Notes: generated by a model not told the origin, from the sequence alone. A DNA stretch of 64,000 nucleotides from Tubiluchus corallicola (GCA_030141605.1 JAQGDQ010000054.1:124001-188000); one strand, 5' to 3'; shown: positions 13,027-27,065, counted from the stretch's first letter. Translations and numbers: made by a program.

Positions 13027-13608
13027 TTAAAGTCGCGATCACTTCATACTTGGGAGCTTCCATTTTCAATGCACACTCTTCTTCCAATGACGTCAACCGC
13101 CGCTGTCAATGTTTCTCAAAAGTATAGTAAGTTTTTACAAAAACCTTATATAGCTGATTTTGTAACATTTTTGCGTGAATATTAGGTAACTTGCGGAAGT
13201 TTAAATTAGTTTAGGCAGCAGACGCTCACGGAAAGCCACGATGCGCTTAGGAAAAGTCACGAAGTCCCCCAGTTACCCATAATATTCAAACGAATGGTGG
13301 CAAACACCACGCCTGAAAATTTTCATTCAGAGGTAGTATATTTTATATTTATGCTTTATAGAAAGTCTTTTGCAAATTTCCCAACTTTAAGTAATAACAG
13401 TAAAATAAACGCAACATACTGAGTGACTTGTTCCTTCCTTTAGCTAAATTCTACTGTCCGTTAAAGGATTCTCACTTTTTGATTCCGCAATTAGCTAGCA
13501 TTAACTCAATAATTCAGCTATAGTAATTTCCCTAGAGCTGTAAAGCTGTAGGCGTTTCAATATAAGCTATCAAGTTTGGGAGTTGGTACGAACAATTAAT
13601 GACTTTAA
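13027..13608. mobile_element. Non-autonomous DNA transposon (Kolobok-like MITE), copy 1
   Basis: Ends TTAAAGTC...GACTTTAA. The internal GGAAAGCCACGATGCGCTTAGGAAAAGTCACGAAGTCC is identical in the copy at about 25350. Confidence 0.6.
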
Positions 13609-16600
13609 ATTATAGTACCGCGTAGAACAACATGTAAGCTGCTACACGTTAGTCCCTGGCGCAATAACAAACAGTGCACAAACGCGCGTAAGCTTTACTT
13701 TTATACCCTGTTTCTATGAGAATGACAAAGAACGATAAATGACAAACGTGGAAAAGGTCAAAGCGTCACATTACATTGATATCCTGGGAGCCTAGAACGC
13801 TGTTCCAATAAACTACAGTAACATGATTAGCATTATACAAGCAAAAACAGGAAAAATCAATGCATGAAATGGACAGGCTATTTGCAGAGCCAGAAAACCG
13901 TGCACATAATGTGCTACAAGTAGGAAATGGTTAGACTAGCCCAGACCACGAGAAGTGAACAATGTTTAAAATTAATCTTTGAAGTGTCTGAATGAGAGAA
14001 AATGAATGAGAAAAAAGAGTGGAAAATTTGCTAATCTTTAATAGTCCTATAGACCTGTTACACGTAATCAAGGAAATAATAATTAAATTTTAATTACATA
14101 AAAAGTTTCAAATTTTATACGATAATTCTACCGATTTGCAATATATACATCTCATACATTTCCATTTTTAACAATTCGCTGAGAAATCTTGGAAGTAACT
14201 TAGATGATTTAATAGCAAAACTTCTAGTATCAATTGTAGAAGAAACTTTTTATCAAAACATCATAGCAATCATGTAACTCGGAAGTTGTTAGCCAATTAC
14301 TTGAAAATCACAACAATAAAATTTTTGAATCTTTTTATATGACCAAGGAGCAGGTGCATTTTGAAATTCATTATTAATCTTGGACATTAATATTATTATC
14401 ACATTAAAAAACTGAAATAATTATCATTTTAATAAACCGCCTTGTCTGACTACACCTAACTTCGTTGGTTTCCTGAAACACGCAGTAAATGAATTGTGTA
14501 TTGAGTGACAAAATGATGTACGTTTCGCAGCAAAAACAATTATTGCTGCTGACAAGTCACGTGACATTAATCGGATTTTATTCGAGTGAACTTCACGTCA
14601 CATCCAAGAACCTAGCGTTAAGCAATAAATGGCCTCACGAGATTTGCCAAAACGACAAACGGACAAACAGCATTAATCATGTAAGGTTTAACGTTACCAA
14701 GACAACGCAAAACGCAGTGTGTAAAATGCATTTCAAACTAGCTAGAAGTAAAAAAGCCCACATCCCAGATAATTTATTCAGTAGTGAATTTATAGTATAC
14801 TATAAGGCAGGAAGCTAATGATTTGTACCACATCGTATCAGCATCTGTTTTGCTGTTGTTGCTGCTGGGGCTCTCGTTTTTATTGCTACGCTGCAATTTT
14901 CAATGTTTTTGTTGTCGCTGCTCATGTTGTTTCTGTCTTGTTCATCATTGTTGCTGATGTCGACGATAATGTTGTTGTCGCCGATGAGAATTATGACACG
15001 ATAACGCTAGTGTTGAATGTGATAATGACGACTACAAAAATGACTGATTATGAAGATCTGATGGTATTACAGGTGAAAAAAGACATCTTCTTAACTGACA
15101 CGTTTAGGTCCTTAGCTGATAAGCAGAAACCAGGACAAACTTTGCTTAACTTTTGCAATGCAACCAAGCATACACGGTTGCCACTAAGCTATTCCTCTAA
15201 CCAGTTAGCCAATCAATAATATGTTTAGCGACCCAATGAGAAAGTGATTTATTAAACTAATCTCAGCAGCTAATGCAACCAACTAATTTCACCTGTAAGA
15301 CTACAGCAATATTCGACATTACTGTAGTCAAAGTGCAGTCTACATTAATGAGGCGAAAGTGTGCTTAACAAAGAGAATAATTAATAGCTGCCACAGCGCA
15401 GTAATGATTTACTTCCAAAAGCCTTTAGAGAGCCCAGCATGTTTCTTCAGCTTAGGTTCTAAGCAGTTCGGTGAAGAGTGAGAGAAACAAAAGGAAGCAG
15501 CTTTGCAAAAAACAGTACTCACACAGATAACAAATTCTAAACGAGGCAAGGACAGTTCCACGCAATATAATTATACTGAATGACAATGTCATTGTTTACT
15601 ATTATTTTGTTAGATAAATGTCAAGAAGTTTTTGCTAATTTTTGAACACTGTAATCTGCCTGCTACTTATTGCAAAACATCTGGATCTGACCTCTGTGCT
15701 GAACGGCACACTGAATAAATGGGAAATTTATATAAGATGTGAAAGCCATTATACCACTTGAATTTGCCAACCACTAAGCTGCCAGTTTTTATTATACGGC
15801 TTGTCAAGTACGTCCAGAAAATGCACAAACTAATTTATTAATAGCTAATGGCAGGTTAAACACAAAAACATTCCTGGACTACTAAATTTAAAATGACAAC
15901 CTTAGTAATGAACCTAAATATTTCTTGATCAAACCTGAGTAATATAACAATTTCATTAATGTAAATTTTACAAATGATGTAAAGAAAATACCTCTTCAAC
16001 ATTTGTGTCACTTGCCGACAATGTAACATATTCTAGATGGCAATTATTGTATTTCTTAACTAATGAGGTCCTATTAGTGAGGTAACAACCTAGGCAATAA
16101 TAATTGCATAATATTACATACTATTAGTCTTATGAAGCACCATACTGTGAGTAGGTCATAATTTCATAAATCAAATAAACTACTTGCTATTCACAAACTG
16201 TCACAACGATATTTGTTTTCAAATTCAGTACTAATTATTGCTACTTGAACAAAAATATTTAAAATTTATGAAATCATAATAAGTTCTAATAAATATAAAT
16301 TCTAGAAAAATAAACATCAAGTACACTTGACACATAAACTAGTAAAGGAGGATACCAGTAAATAGTGAAATTTAATTTACAGTATATAAAGCAAGATATA
16401 TTAGCATATCAGTAGAAGAACTATAAGTGAGAAAGCTAGGGAACCTATGAGTATCTAAATATAATATTAGTTAAGTGATTAATTTTCCTGACTGATTTAT
16501 TTTGCTAACACTGAATATAAATATGGGTTTAACAGCTATCAGAAGTAAATTGTAGGTAAGTAAGATTAGGAACCTGTTCGAAAATAGTTATGAGAAAAAT

Positions 16601-17976
16601 ACCTAAATTGCTTTAAGAATTTTTTAAACGGTAATTCCATCAGCTGTTATCATGGTAGATGATTTATTATAATTATTTATTTAAAAACAGAAGTAACCGT
16701 AGGTCTCTTTTAAAAATATATTTTCTTGCAGTAACAGTTGTTTTCAAACAAATAAAAACTGTGCAAAGTTTAGGCACATATCTTGCAATAATCAAATGCA
16801 GATTTCTTATTTCACTGTTACAGAGAATAAATTCTTGTCACACATTGTCACATGCTTACGATTATTCCACCAATTTATAGAACAGTAACCACTTCAATTA
16901 CTTATCTTAAAAAGTATAAATTAGTACATATTAAGTCAATATTTACAAGGAGCGTGGTACACAATTAATGGACACTAGACAGAACTCAAAATTAATGTTA
17001 GCTTTAAAACTAGTGAGCTATCAGCAATTCAGTTGCACAACATGGTAATTTAAAACTGCAGGAGGGGTGAAGCACGCATGACGTCAGCAAGAGTTTCATG
17101 TTAAACCACGGGTCAAGTGTCACGTTTAGTGGAAACTAACCAGCATGAGATGGCTGATAGTTTGACACTGATGCTAGTTATTATGTCTCCCGATCAATAC
17201 ATAGCACGGCATCCAGAATGACATAGCCCATCAGATCAATACACTGTTAGCAGCAGTACCTCAGCAGAAAGCAGCAAACTCTTCCTGCTTGCATCTCCTT
17301 GGCAACACACCAAGGAAGATGGCAGAACTGAACAAAGTGATTGAGGTTCTGCCAATCAATATTGTACTGTCACTTATTGAAAGGAGATAACCAAGACGAT
17401 ATCAAAAATTTAAAGAATTGTATATACCCAGGGCGAAATGAGTTCGAAGTAAATTATACTAGAAGCTACAAACATTAAGTCAAACAGCAATTATTAAGCA
17501 AAAGAGTGTATCAGTTTAAAATAGCAAAACTGCTGTAATACATCAAAATATGCCACATGTCTCAAACAGCTCTTCTGGGACCTCTGGGTCACAATTTATT
17601 AAAAGCTACAAACTTACACTTATCTTCTCATTAATTTTTCAATTAATTCCCATGTGTTGTACATTTTACCACAAAGGGCACAAAGGACATAAGGGGATTT
17701 TGAAAAGTTTAAACTATGGATGTTATTTTTTGAAAAGTAAAATTAAAATTAATTCTAAATCCGTCCCACTTCATTTTTACTTTCACAGTATCCTTATGAT
17801 ACCATTATGATTTAAATCTGTTATGGCAACATATGTTTATTCGACGTTATCATGTTTATCAGGATTAACATCAATATTCAAACTTGGACGAATGGACAAT
17901 GGACAAACTCGTTGTCCACAGAATCAGAAATTATACACCTGCAAATCAATCTAAACAAAATTTAAAACTGTATAAT

Positions 17977-18400
17977 CTAGGGCGTCAATCACAGATTCGC
18001 AGATAGAAGATGTGCAGACATGCAGATTTCGAATCCGCAATAATTCTGCGGTTTGCACCTAATTTCAAATACAATTTGCGGTTTGATGGATGAGGTGTGG
18101 TGTGGTGGCTGTGATACGGTGGGTGGTGTTGTGCTGGTGGTATGGTACGAGTTATCATCGTGGGTTTACAACTAAAATTCTTTTGCAGGGTTTAACTAGT
18201 AATTTGTTATTGATTAACGATAATAATTCCTGGATTTAGGGGGCTTCATACAAAAAAGTTTTTAACAATATCTTACACAAGCCTAGTTTGTCCCTACATG
18301 GTTAAAGATCTTACAGATATACAAATTGCACATAAATCCACAGATTTTACAGAAGCAGATATGTACACTTGCAGATTTTGAAGGCTACAGATAAATGAGA
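17977..18400. mobile_element. hAT-like MITE remnant
   Basis: Starts TAGGG and carries repeated gcagat/atccgc/tgcgg subterminal motifs. A related end (gatgcggatgc...gatccta) occurs at about 51135-51165. Confidence 0.4.
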
Positions 18401-19264
18401 AAGTGATGTCAGCACATCTCCTTCCATATGTGCTTTCTGCTGTATGCTAAAATCTAGAGAATAATTAACTTGTTTTCTAAGTTATGTACATAAAGAAACA
18501 TCATAGGAAAAGTTTGGATAAAATTTCATTTCTATGTTATGTATTACAATTTAAGCATAACATTTTTACCATCATAAAATATAAAGCTTACACTAATTTT
18601 TTTTAGTGCATAAAATATGTGTTCGTTGTTATTCTGTTAAATTTTTCTGCTTTTTTGACTTGCAATTTTGTTTTATTAAGGAAATTGCAGGGATTTTTTT
18701 CTAACTGATTCTAATTCTATTCTTGGCAGGCCCAACCAAATGGTCACTGATACATGTCTGTCTCTTACAATGAGACAATGCTGGGCAAAACTGGCTAATA
18801 AAATTCCACTTATACAAAATAGCTGCATTCACCAATCCCCAGTCCTACATGTCATAATGTTCGCAGTGCATTTCAGGTTTACTGCAAATGCAGAGTTAAG
18901 TGTAACTCGTTTTTATTTGGTCATGTCTGGCAGAACAGGACATAAAAGATGTCCTGACAGGGATGGATTTCAACAACATCATGTTTTGCACTTTAAAATG
19001 CTTTGCTGTACTTACAATACTTTTTTAGTACTGAATGTGGCTTTTAAGTGACAGGGCTAACTCCCCTACAATTTTTGGTCAAAATTTTAGCCACATAGCT
19101 TTTAACCATTTCTGAACTATTTTAGTCATAGTATAAAGAAAGCCAATTAGGTGTACGGAGGAACTTATTAGCCAAGAATTCATTCACTTTGATATCTTCT
19201 TCAGCTTTTCTAACTAAATGTTACATAAGGAAAATAGGCCTGCACTCTTCTTGAACTTTATGTT

Positions 19265-19345
19265 CTCACTGGCATAGATAAGGGGGTGGGGTGGGGGAGC
19301 TTGGTGGGTGTGGACTGCCCCAGGCGGCACTTTGAGAGGGCATTT
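19265..19345 (+). mobile_element. hAT-like transposon terminus
   Basis: cactggcatagataagggggtgggg...gactgccccaggcggcac resembles the G-rich CAGTGGCGTAG-type ends of non-autonomous hATs. It abuts the LINE relic. Confidence 0.4.
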
Positions 19346-22130
19346 GATTCTGCATAAATAAAAAATTCTTACTAATTTTACTAGCTAGTTTTTCCTCATA
19401 CCGTTTTCTGTCAAGAGTAGATTGGCTGAAACATTGAGAAGCTCGTGTATATTCGACTTTTATACTATTTAAAGAAGTTATTGCCAAATTCCAAAGGCAA
19501 CTTTTATTAGCTTTGGCTTTAAATAACAGAAGAATCTCTTTCCCAAGGGGCACAAGTATATTTACGATAATTTGAAGAGGTTCCCCTTAGAGGTACGAAA
19601 GTATTTACCTCATGATTATATTTATCACAGAATAAGCTACAACAACTATTTACATTATAATCAATTAACTCATCGTGCCAATCAATACTAGCGAAATAAT
19701 CTCTAATTTGTGGAAGAGAGGTTTTGTAATAATCTATCCAAGGGCGATTAACCTGATATGAATAGTTGGATTCGACACAGAAGAAAATACTAGTGTCATG
19801 GTCACTTGAAGAAAAATCAGGCTTGGCACACAATAAATTTAAATGATCTGGACAGTTTGACAATAAAAATTCAAGGAAATTTCTGTTTCTAGTAAGGAAA
19901 TCAACATGTTATGTAAGAAGATTATCATGCACAGTTTCTAAGAACAAAAGGTCTGAAGGGTTATGTAGGACAGGATCAGGCCATATCAGGTTTGGAAGAA
20001 TGAAATCAGCATAAACAGTAGAGTCACCAGCACGACATAGTTCCATAACACGTCTGACTTTGTTAAGAACAAAGATATCTGACGGACCAAAAGTACTAAC
20101 ATACTCTAAGTTACAGGAACGATAAACACACAAAATTGCTAAACTACAACCATTGGCAAATAACTTAATACCAACAATGTCAGCAATTACATTTAATTGT
20201 AAACAAACAATATAAAAATGCGACTAATAAAAAATCATAACACCACCTCTAACAGTGGCAGGAAAAATATTATCCCTGTCATCCTAATAACAAAATTAGC
20301 TAGAGGACAACACCTCATTAGCAATACCTTCAGTCAGCCACATTTCACGAATACAAATGAAGTTTGGATTTTCAGTAATAACAAAACTAAAAAGATCAGC
20401 TAACTTATTTATGAGGCATTCGCAACTAAAAACAAAACCAGTCATTACATTTATATCAGAGGGAGCTTGAGTAGTATTAATTATTAGTAACATTACTACT
20501 ATGTCGATTTGGATCGCAAGAATCTTTACAATTGTCATTCTGGCTTTTTAAAGAGGAATCATTAGTATGCAAAGTTATAGCCTGAGGAGGGGGTTTATCT
20601 GTGCACAGTCTTGCACACAGGGGCTTGAAGCTGATTTATGGGTTTACGGCTCTTTGAGATTGCTGCTAAGCTACAATATACACTGGTAGTAGTATCATCA
20701 GTTGGCATGTAAACATTAAAACCCTTACTATCTGGCAAGCTCGTCATATCAGGTTTTCTAGCAACAAAACGGTGAATATACATGGGCTGATAAGGACAGT
20801 TGATAATGTGTAGAACTTCGACACAATGCTCTTTGTGTTCATTAATAGCTTCAGATGGAACTAAATTGGTGGACTCAGGAACATGCTTAAAAGAACATTT
20901 TTGCTCTTCGACCGATTCACTGATAACCATTTTAAGTTTCTCAGACAATTTTGTTATGTCTTATTGTAATGCAAAAATGTGCTTGCCAGTCCCATTCAAT
21001 TTCTGCACTTTTGATGACAGACACATAACATCAGTCGCAGATGCTTTTGACTCTAGTTTAGCTTCAGCAACACTCATTCTAGCATCAAACTCATTTTTCA
21101 TTAGTAGAAGTCTGCCTTCAATGGACTTGTCTGTAACAACTGCTTTCATAGCCTCACGATGACAGACTTTGCAGAACCAAGGACTTCTACTTAGCAATTG
21201 ATGTGCGCTGTATGTGTTACTTATGCATATTTACACATCTTGTAGGTATTGTGCAATACTTTGACAATGGTCACATACCATAGCTGAAGTAGAGTCATTT
21301 ATTACGCAGTCACTTAAGTCACAGCATACATTTTGGTCAGATACCCGATTGTTGCCATAAATGACTTCAACACTATCATCATCATCAGACATAATACTTG
21401 ACAGAGCATTTTTGATTTGGGAGCTTCGAAGTTAATGAGCACTAACTGATCTAATCGACAACTGACTGAGAATCATACTGGGCTGACTTTAGTTGACAAT
21501 TTTTTATTAATCTTAGATATGGCAGTGGTATTTTTCATCTCAGACCTATGCTTCTGACGAATGCTAAGACTTTTTAATTTATTGCTAATTCACTTATATA
21601 AATTAATATGTTAAAATATTTTTCTAATTTTTAACTGCTCAAATGAATTTAGGCATTACTTCGTTTCTAAAATTCATTAAAAACCTTTGCAGTGCATAGT
21701 AAGCTGATGAATCATACTTCTATACCTGTAATACTACACCCATCGGTTAATAGGTTCAGTCGGTTCAAAACAGTAAGTCCCAAAGTGAGCCTATTAAGCG
21801 GCGCCGATCACACTAATGGGAACACCATCCGGAACGCAACACCAGATCTACACTTACTTACAGCTTACGGCATGGATAGGGATTAAGCATAAATGACCGC
21901 TTTTTACCCCTCCGATCTTCTCTGGATGCTTTATTAAATTTAAGTTTTCTAGTAGATGGTGGTGCTTACGATACGATCCAGAAAATAGTGTCAGTGTGTT
22001 CTTCTTTGTACAATCAATAGCGTCAGGTTTCCTCAAAAATCCAAGCGTTTTGTTGCCATTGGGGAAATCTAGGATCCATACATTTCTCCAGGTGATTAGC
22101 CCAGAGCCGATCTAATCGAGATTAAATTGA
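19345..22130 (-). mobile_element. Decayed CR1-like LINE: putative 5' UTR, PHD-type ORF1 and endonuclease portion of ORF2; RT absent
   Basis: ORF1 fragments: C..C / CDHC / WFCKVC plus a coiled coil (20961-21400) and E.KCSFKHVPES. APE motifs: LINKLADL...FICIREMWL (20296-20538), CVYRS...DF.LPNL.W (19909-20133) and SSDH (19519-19863). Many stops and frameshifts. The 5' limit is uncertain. Confidence 0.8.
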
Positions 22131-23039
22131 AAAACTGAAGCACTCACTACATACTCACAAAGCATTTATTTTTGTAAATGTACAAGCAAGCTTTGCAATT
22201 ATAACTTTTTACACAAAGTATTATATTTATATGATCACATTTCTTTAACTAGCTGACCCAATAATTTTGGGTAACAGAAATATGGGTTAAGAAAGCCAAA
22301 TATAAGAAAGGGTTTTGAGTTGAGTACATTTTTGAAATTTTGAGGTTTACTCAATAGACACTCGAGACAGAGCCTTTTAAATCTTGGATGAGACGAAACT
22401 GATAGTGCAAATGAAGCAAAATGGCCCTACTACCCATCTCTCTAAGGGCATACAATGGCCCTGCATTGATTTTCATATTTTCATAATAATAATAATAATT
22501 AAAATGTTAACAGCACGTGGTGATTTTGAGCTATCATTACAAACTAACCTGTTCTAACTGCACTTATGATCTTCAGCAGAGTCAAAAGGGTCAAAAATGT
22601 CCGAGCAGTATTCGTGATAAGACACATCATTAGTTTTTTAATCGTAATCCCAGCCTATTTGCACTTCATTGTTAGCATTTTCATTCTACAGGTGGAACAC
22701 AGTATGTTGCTATAATACACTAAACATGATTATAGTCCGGGCATACATGCCAATTTGCCATTTTGAGACATTTATATAGAAAACGAAAACATTACATTCG
22801 ATAACCTATGCCACCGCTGGCAATGCCGTCCCGGCATCCCCTTCCGCATCAAATAGATTTAACAGCTGATTCGTGCGTCAATTGACTGATATAAATTATG
22901 CCGTTCAACTAATTAAGCGGTCCTAGGTAGACATTGTTGTCTGAACAGAAGTGGTACTGACAAGTGACAAGCCCTGAATTTAAATTTTAAGTCTAATCTT
23001 TATGCTGGTATGTGGATATACGTCTTGTTACCTGCAACT

Positions 23040-24100
23040 TTCTTAATTTATGTATTGGAGATTTGGAATGGAGAACGGCTTAATATTTCACCAGAATATG
23101 AAATGCTAAGAAATTAGAATTGGATCACCCAACGTTAGAGGTCTTAGAACTGACGTCAAAAAGGAATCTTTAGCCAATGATTTAGAGAAGCATAAATCAG
23201 TAATTTTAGCAATACAAGAAACACACATAAAAGAAACAGACTATTTTGACTTGAATGGTAAAGTGAGATGAAGACATTGCTGAAGAGATTGAGAACACAA
23301 AAATTGATTCTTCAAAACACCATAAAGCTATAAAAATCTTGCAAAACCTTCAACCAAACAGGAAAATCATAGTTCAAGGCAATGATGGTATTATTACTAA
23401 CCCAAATCTACAAGCGCACGTCATTGCAGAATTTTTTCAGAACATATCCAGTGATAAAAATGCATCAAAGCTAAACGTCATCACCCAAACACACATTTTA
23501 CAACAGATTAAGTTAAAACTGCAGTTAGATACATCATTAAGCAACAACAATAAGAGTGCAGGGCTTGACGAAATAAATGCAAAATTACTTAAGTGTGGAA
23601 TAGAAGCACTTTATGAATCAATAACGAAGACAATAACATTGCTGAAACAGGAGTATTTGCAAAGGATCTTCAAGAAACGTTCTTATACCGTTGCCAAAAC
23701 CTGTTAAAAGAGGACCAATAGTAAATCTAAGACCAATGATGCTAGTAACCATAATAAGAAAAATTCCAGTGATATGTATATGTTTAACAGGATCTATGGC
23801 AGACTACATCAGTGCATTCCAAAAAGTCAAGCAACGTACCAGCCTGGTAGAAATACAACAGAACTTGTTAAAAATTGCAAGATACTACCAGAAAAGGCTA
23901 TCTCTTTGGCAGATTAATCAATATCCATATTATTCATAGACCTGTCCAAAGCATGACTCAGTTCGACTAAGTCGAAGACAGACACTGCTACACTATTTAC
24001 AAGAAATACTAAATATTAATCCTGATGAAATTCATGATAATATTATGATATTAATATTTATGGAAAATTTTCTAATTGGTGTTAGATGTGAAGGCAGATG
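23040..24100 (+). mobile_element. RTE-like LINE relic (internally deleted)
   Basis: VILAIQETH (endonuclease, about 23198-23226), KSAGLDEINAKLLKCG, LPKPVKRGPIVNLRPM and FIDLSKA (RT N-terminus), all frameshifted. Confidence 0.75.
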
Positions 24101-24129
24101 TTAAATAAGTAATTAACAGTGAATACTGA

Positions 24130-24440
24130 ACAGAGAGACCGTTCCAAAACGTTGTGCAGCTCTGCGGATATTGTGCGTTTCCTCGGCCAGTTGGGGGGTC
24201 AGACTAGTGTAGTAAATAAATTGTAATTGAATTCAATCCAACCCTTCTCTAACGCGGGAAATAGAATGAACATTGGAACAGAAACACGGAATAAGAGGAA
24301 ACTGGTAAAAAAATTAGCCACGTATAATCGAATTTTACTAGTTTGTGTCACCTGTGCGATCTGTGAAGAGTTCATTTTGTTGCTCAATTAACGAACTTTT
24401 ATAAAACTACTTTATGTCTTTTAAAATTTATTTCCCGCTT
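24130..24440 (+). promoter_or_regulatory. Candidate SHMT promoter / first non-coding exon with two E2F consensus sites
   Basis: Local CpG enrichment, GCGGGAAA at 24254-24261 and TTTCCCGC at 24431-24438. Candidate non-coding donors lie downstream (gcaa|gtaagt at about 24935; gatg|gtaagc at 28141). Confidence 0.4.
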
Positions 24441-25127
24441 TAGTAGATGTGAAAATAAGTTACTATTGTATCGTTATTTGCAGTTAACGTATGGTCACTT
24501 GATTTATACCCTTATAATTAATGATGTTATCATTCTTATGTTGCCGTGGCGATGCTTTCAGAGGTGTTAGGGAGATAGTAATAAAATGCCTATGTGCATT
24601 CATATCTATAGTCTAGTTTTAATCTGTAAACTTGTGCAATGTCAGTGTTTTGCATCAGTTATTGCATCATTCTTTCTAATTGACCGTGGCACATAATTCT
24701 AGTCTAATTTTGCCTAGGTTGACTCATTCAACCAAATCTTGTTGTGTAAAACTACCGTAGATCGACAGGGCGAAGCCTATAAGTAGTCTTTTTGCTCATA
24801 GTTGTCTCTCTTTGATGTACCTCTGTTAATTGTTTTATCAGAAGTTTTCTCTCTCACGTTTTATAATTATGTTGTCTCTTAAGTGGAAGTGCTGCCTAGC
24901 GGCAGTTGTCATGGTATAGTGAGGAAGCAAGGCAAGTAAGTAAGACTCGTAATCATTCATGTTGTAAGTATTTACACGTAATGGCAAACCTCCAATTTGC
25001 AGTGCTTGACTAGTTGTGCTTTAGCTAAAGGAAAGGCAAAGCGTTCTGGGAAGTGGAGCTTATTTCAATGTTCACGAAAATGTTAGAACAAGTGTGATAA
25101 GTGCCTTGTGCAATTAATAAAATCCCT

Positions 25128-25570
25128 TTGAAGTGCGGATCATTTCACGCTTGGGTGTTCACCCATTTTTCCACTAGTGACATCGTTCCTCGACTGAAGA
25201 AAAGCAGCACACTGTCTCTCTCGGTCAAAAGGTACAAAAGCAAAAAGTTTTTAGAAAAAAAAACTAGACAGCAAATTTTGTGATATTTTTGCATGAACAT
25301 TAGATAAGCTGCAAAAATTTGAATTAGTTTAAGCAGCGTGTGCTTATGGAAAGCCACGATGCGCTTAGGAAAAGTCACGAAGTCCACAAGTTACATCATA
25401 ATTTTCAACCGTGCTTGAAAATTCCTATTCAGTGGCTGTATAAATTAACTTTTTGCTTGATAGAGTATAGACAGTTTTTGTTAATTTCTTTGTTATATTT
25501 TTCCAACTTTAAGAGATAACTAAAATAAACTCAACATGCCAAATGATTTGTGAGTTTTTTTAGTAACTCA
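25128..25570. mobile_element. Kolobok-like MITE, copy 2 (partial)
   Basis: Collinear with 13027-13450: the start ttgaagtgcggatcatttcacgcttggg, the identical central block, and ccaactttaag...taaaataaac.caacat. Confidence 0.6.
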
Positions 25571-26789
25571 TTTAAGTTTCAGACATTCATGATATGTTTC
25601 AGTTTAACAAGTTGTTGTTGCTTGAGAAAAGCAGTTTAGAAGTACTGATTTTTTAGAAAGTTTCCAATCTTTGACGATTGACATGTGTGCTAACTTTGCA
25701 CAGTTTCTACAACACAAAGTTCATGGTCAAGTACACTTGAATAGATCGAACTGAACAATGGTTATATTACTGACTACAGGTTAGAAAAATCATCGAACAA
25801 TGAATTACTGACTACTGAGCACTGAGAAAATCACCATCATAAATAAATGGATCACTTCGTTAGTCTGTGTTTCCTAAAAACTAGACACTTTCATGAATTG
25901 CTTTTAAAACAGTAGACAGCAGCACAGTCTATGTTTATCAAAGGCTTCTTTGTCATGTACCGTTGATACAAAATTGTAATTAAACCAAATTCTGTTTGCC
26001 CTACAAAATATAATGCACAAGTTTTGTATAATTTCACTGATTATCAAAAATGTTCATTCTATAGCAGTGAATGAACATCCAGTGATGCATTTACTGGGAT
26101 ATTTGAGAGTCGCCGCATTGTCCTTCAATTGTCCATCCATCTGTTGTCAATCCAATTGTTTTTTATGCATTTTCATCACAATCTGTAAATGCACCTTCTG
26201 CACACTTCGTTACTACAAAGAGTCATTTCTGTCACTCAAATTGACATTTACACAAATTTGGTGGAGCTAAAAGATGTCACTGTAGATTGGCAGGTGTATA
26301 GCACATAAGACCTTGGCTATTGGAACAATATAAGAGGGCCTGTTAAGTCCCAAAACACAGATCATATGCGAAGTGTGATGGAATGGCAAGATGAGTGCTT
26401 CTAAGTAGTGAAGACAATGAATAGAAATGTACTGTCATGGTTTAGTGTTGCATCCTAGCAAAAATAAATAGTTGTCTGAGTTTACATTTTGCTTGCTAAA
26501 TGAGAACAGAATTCCTTTTAACTTACCAACATATTTAATAAGACAACTTGCGCACCAAATCATTTGCCCAGCTCCTTAATCAGTTTATTTGTATATTTGT
26601 TTGTTAGATTGGTTGTCACTTGAAATCTATAGAGCTCCAAGGAAACTAGAAACACTGTTTAAATTAGTGTTAAATAGCCACGTGGTTTGCTTACAGAGAA
26701 TTCCTGCTTAACTATATCTTGACCGTTTAGTGTATATTTACATGTCTTCTTTTCAGTGGGGTAATGTGGGCGTGCAGACACAGGGTAGC

Positions 26790-27065
26790 CAATACTATCA
26801 TTTTATTACTTCAGAAATATGACTCGGTCTTGAAAGAACACCTTCAAACCAAGATGAGTGACAAGACAACTGTGTCCTGTGTATCACCTCAGATTCAAAA
26901 TGAGTTTATTACCGTTCTTGAAGAAAATGTGAAAAGGAAAACAGTTGACCAAGTTAAACAGGCAAAATATTTTGCAGTGATCTTTGGGTGCACACCAGAT
27001 TTTGTCTCATGTGGACCAAACCAGTCAAGTGCTTCACTATGCCTATGTTTTGATTGAAGGGTTCA
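26790..27065 (+). pseudogene. hAT (ZMYM1-like) transposase fragment
   Basis: YDSVLKEHL...SPQIQNEFITVL...VKQAKYFAVIFGCTPD, then a frameshift into SHVDQ. The first catalytic Asp position reads Gly. Confidence 0.8.

Noticed and set aside
14489-15219. Adjacent 109-aa and 133-aa ORFs
   Set aside because: The second comes from degenerate (GTT)n low-complexity sequence. Neither shows a recognisable domain or convincing exon structure.
21704-21745. Hammerhead ribozyme core CTGATGA
   Set aside because: No stem II followed by GAAA.
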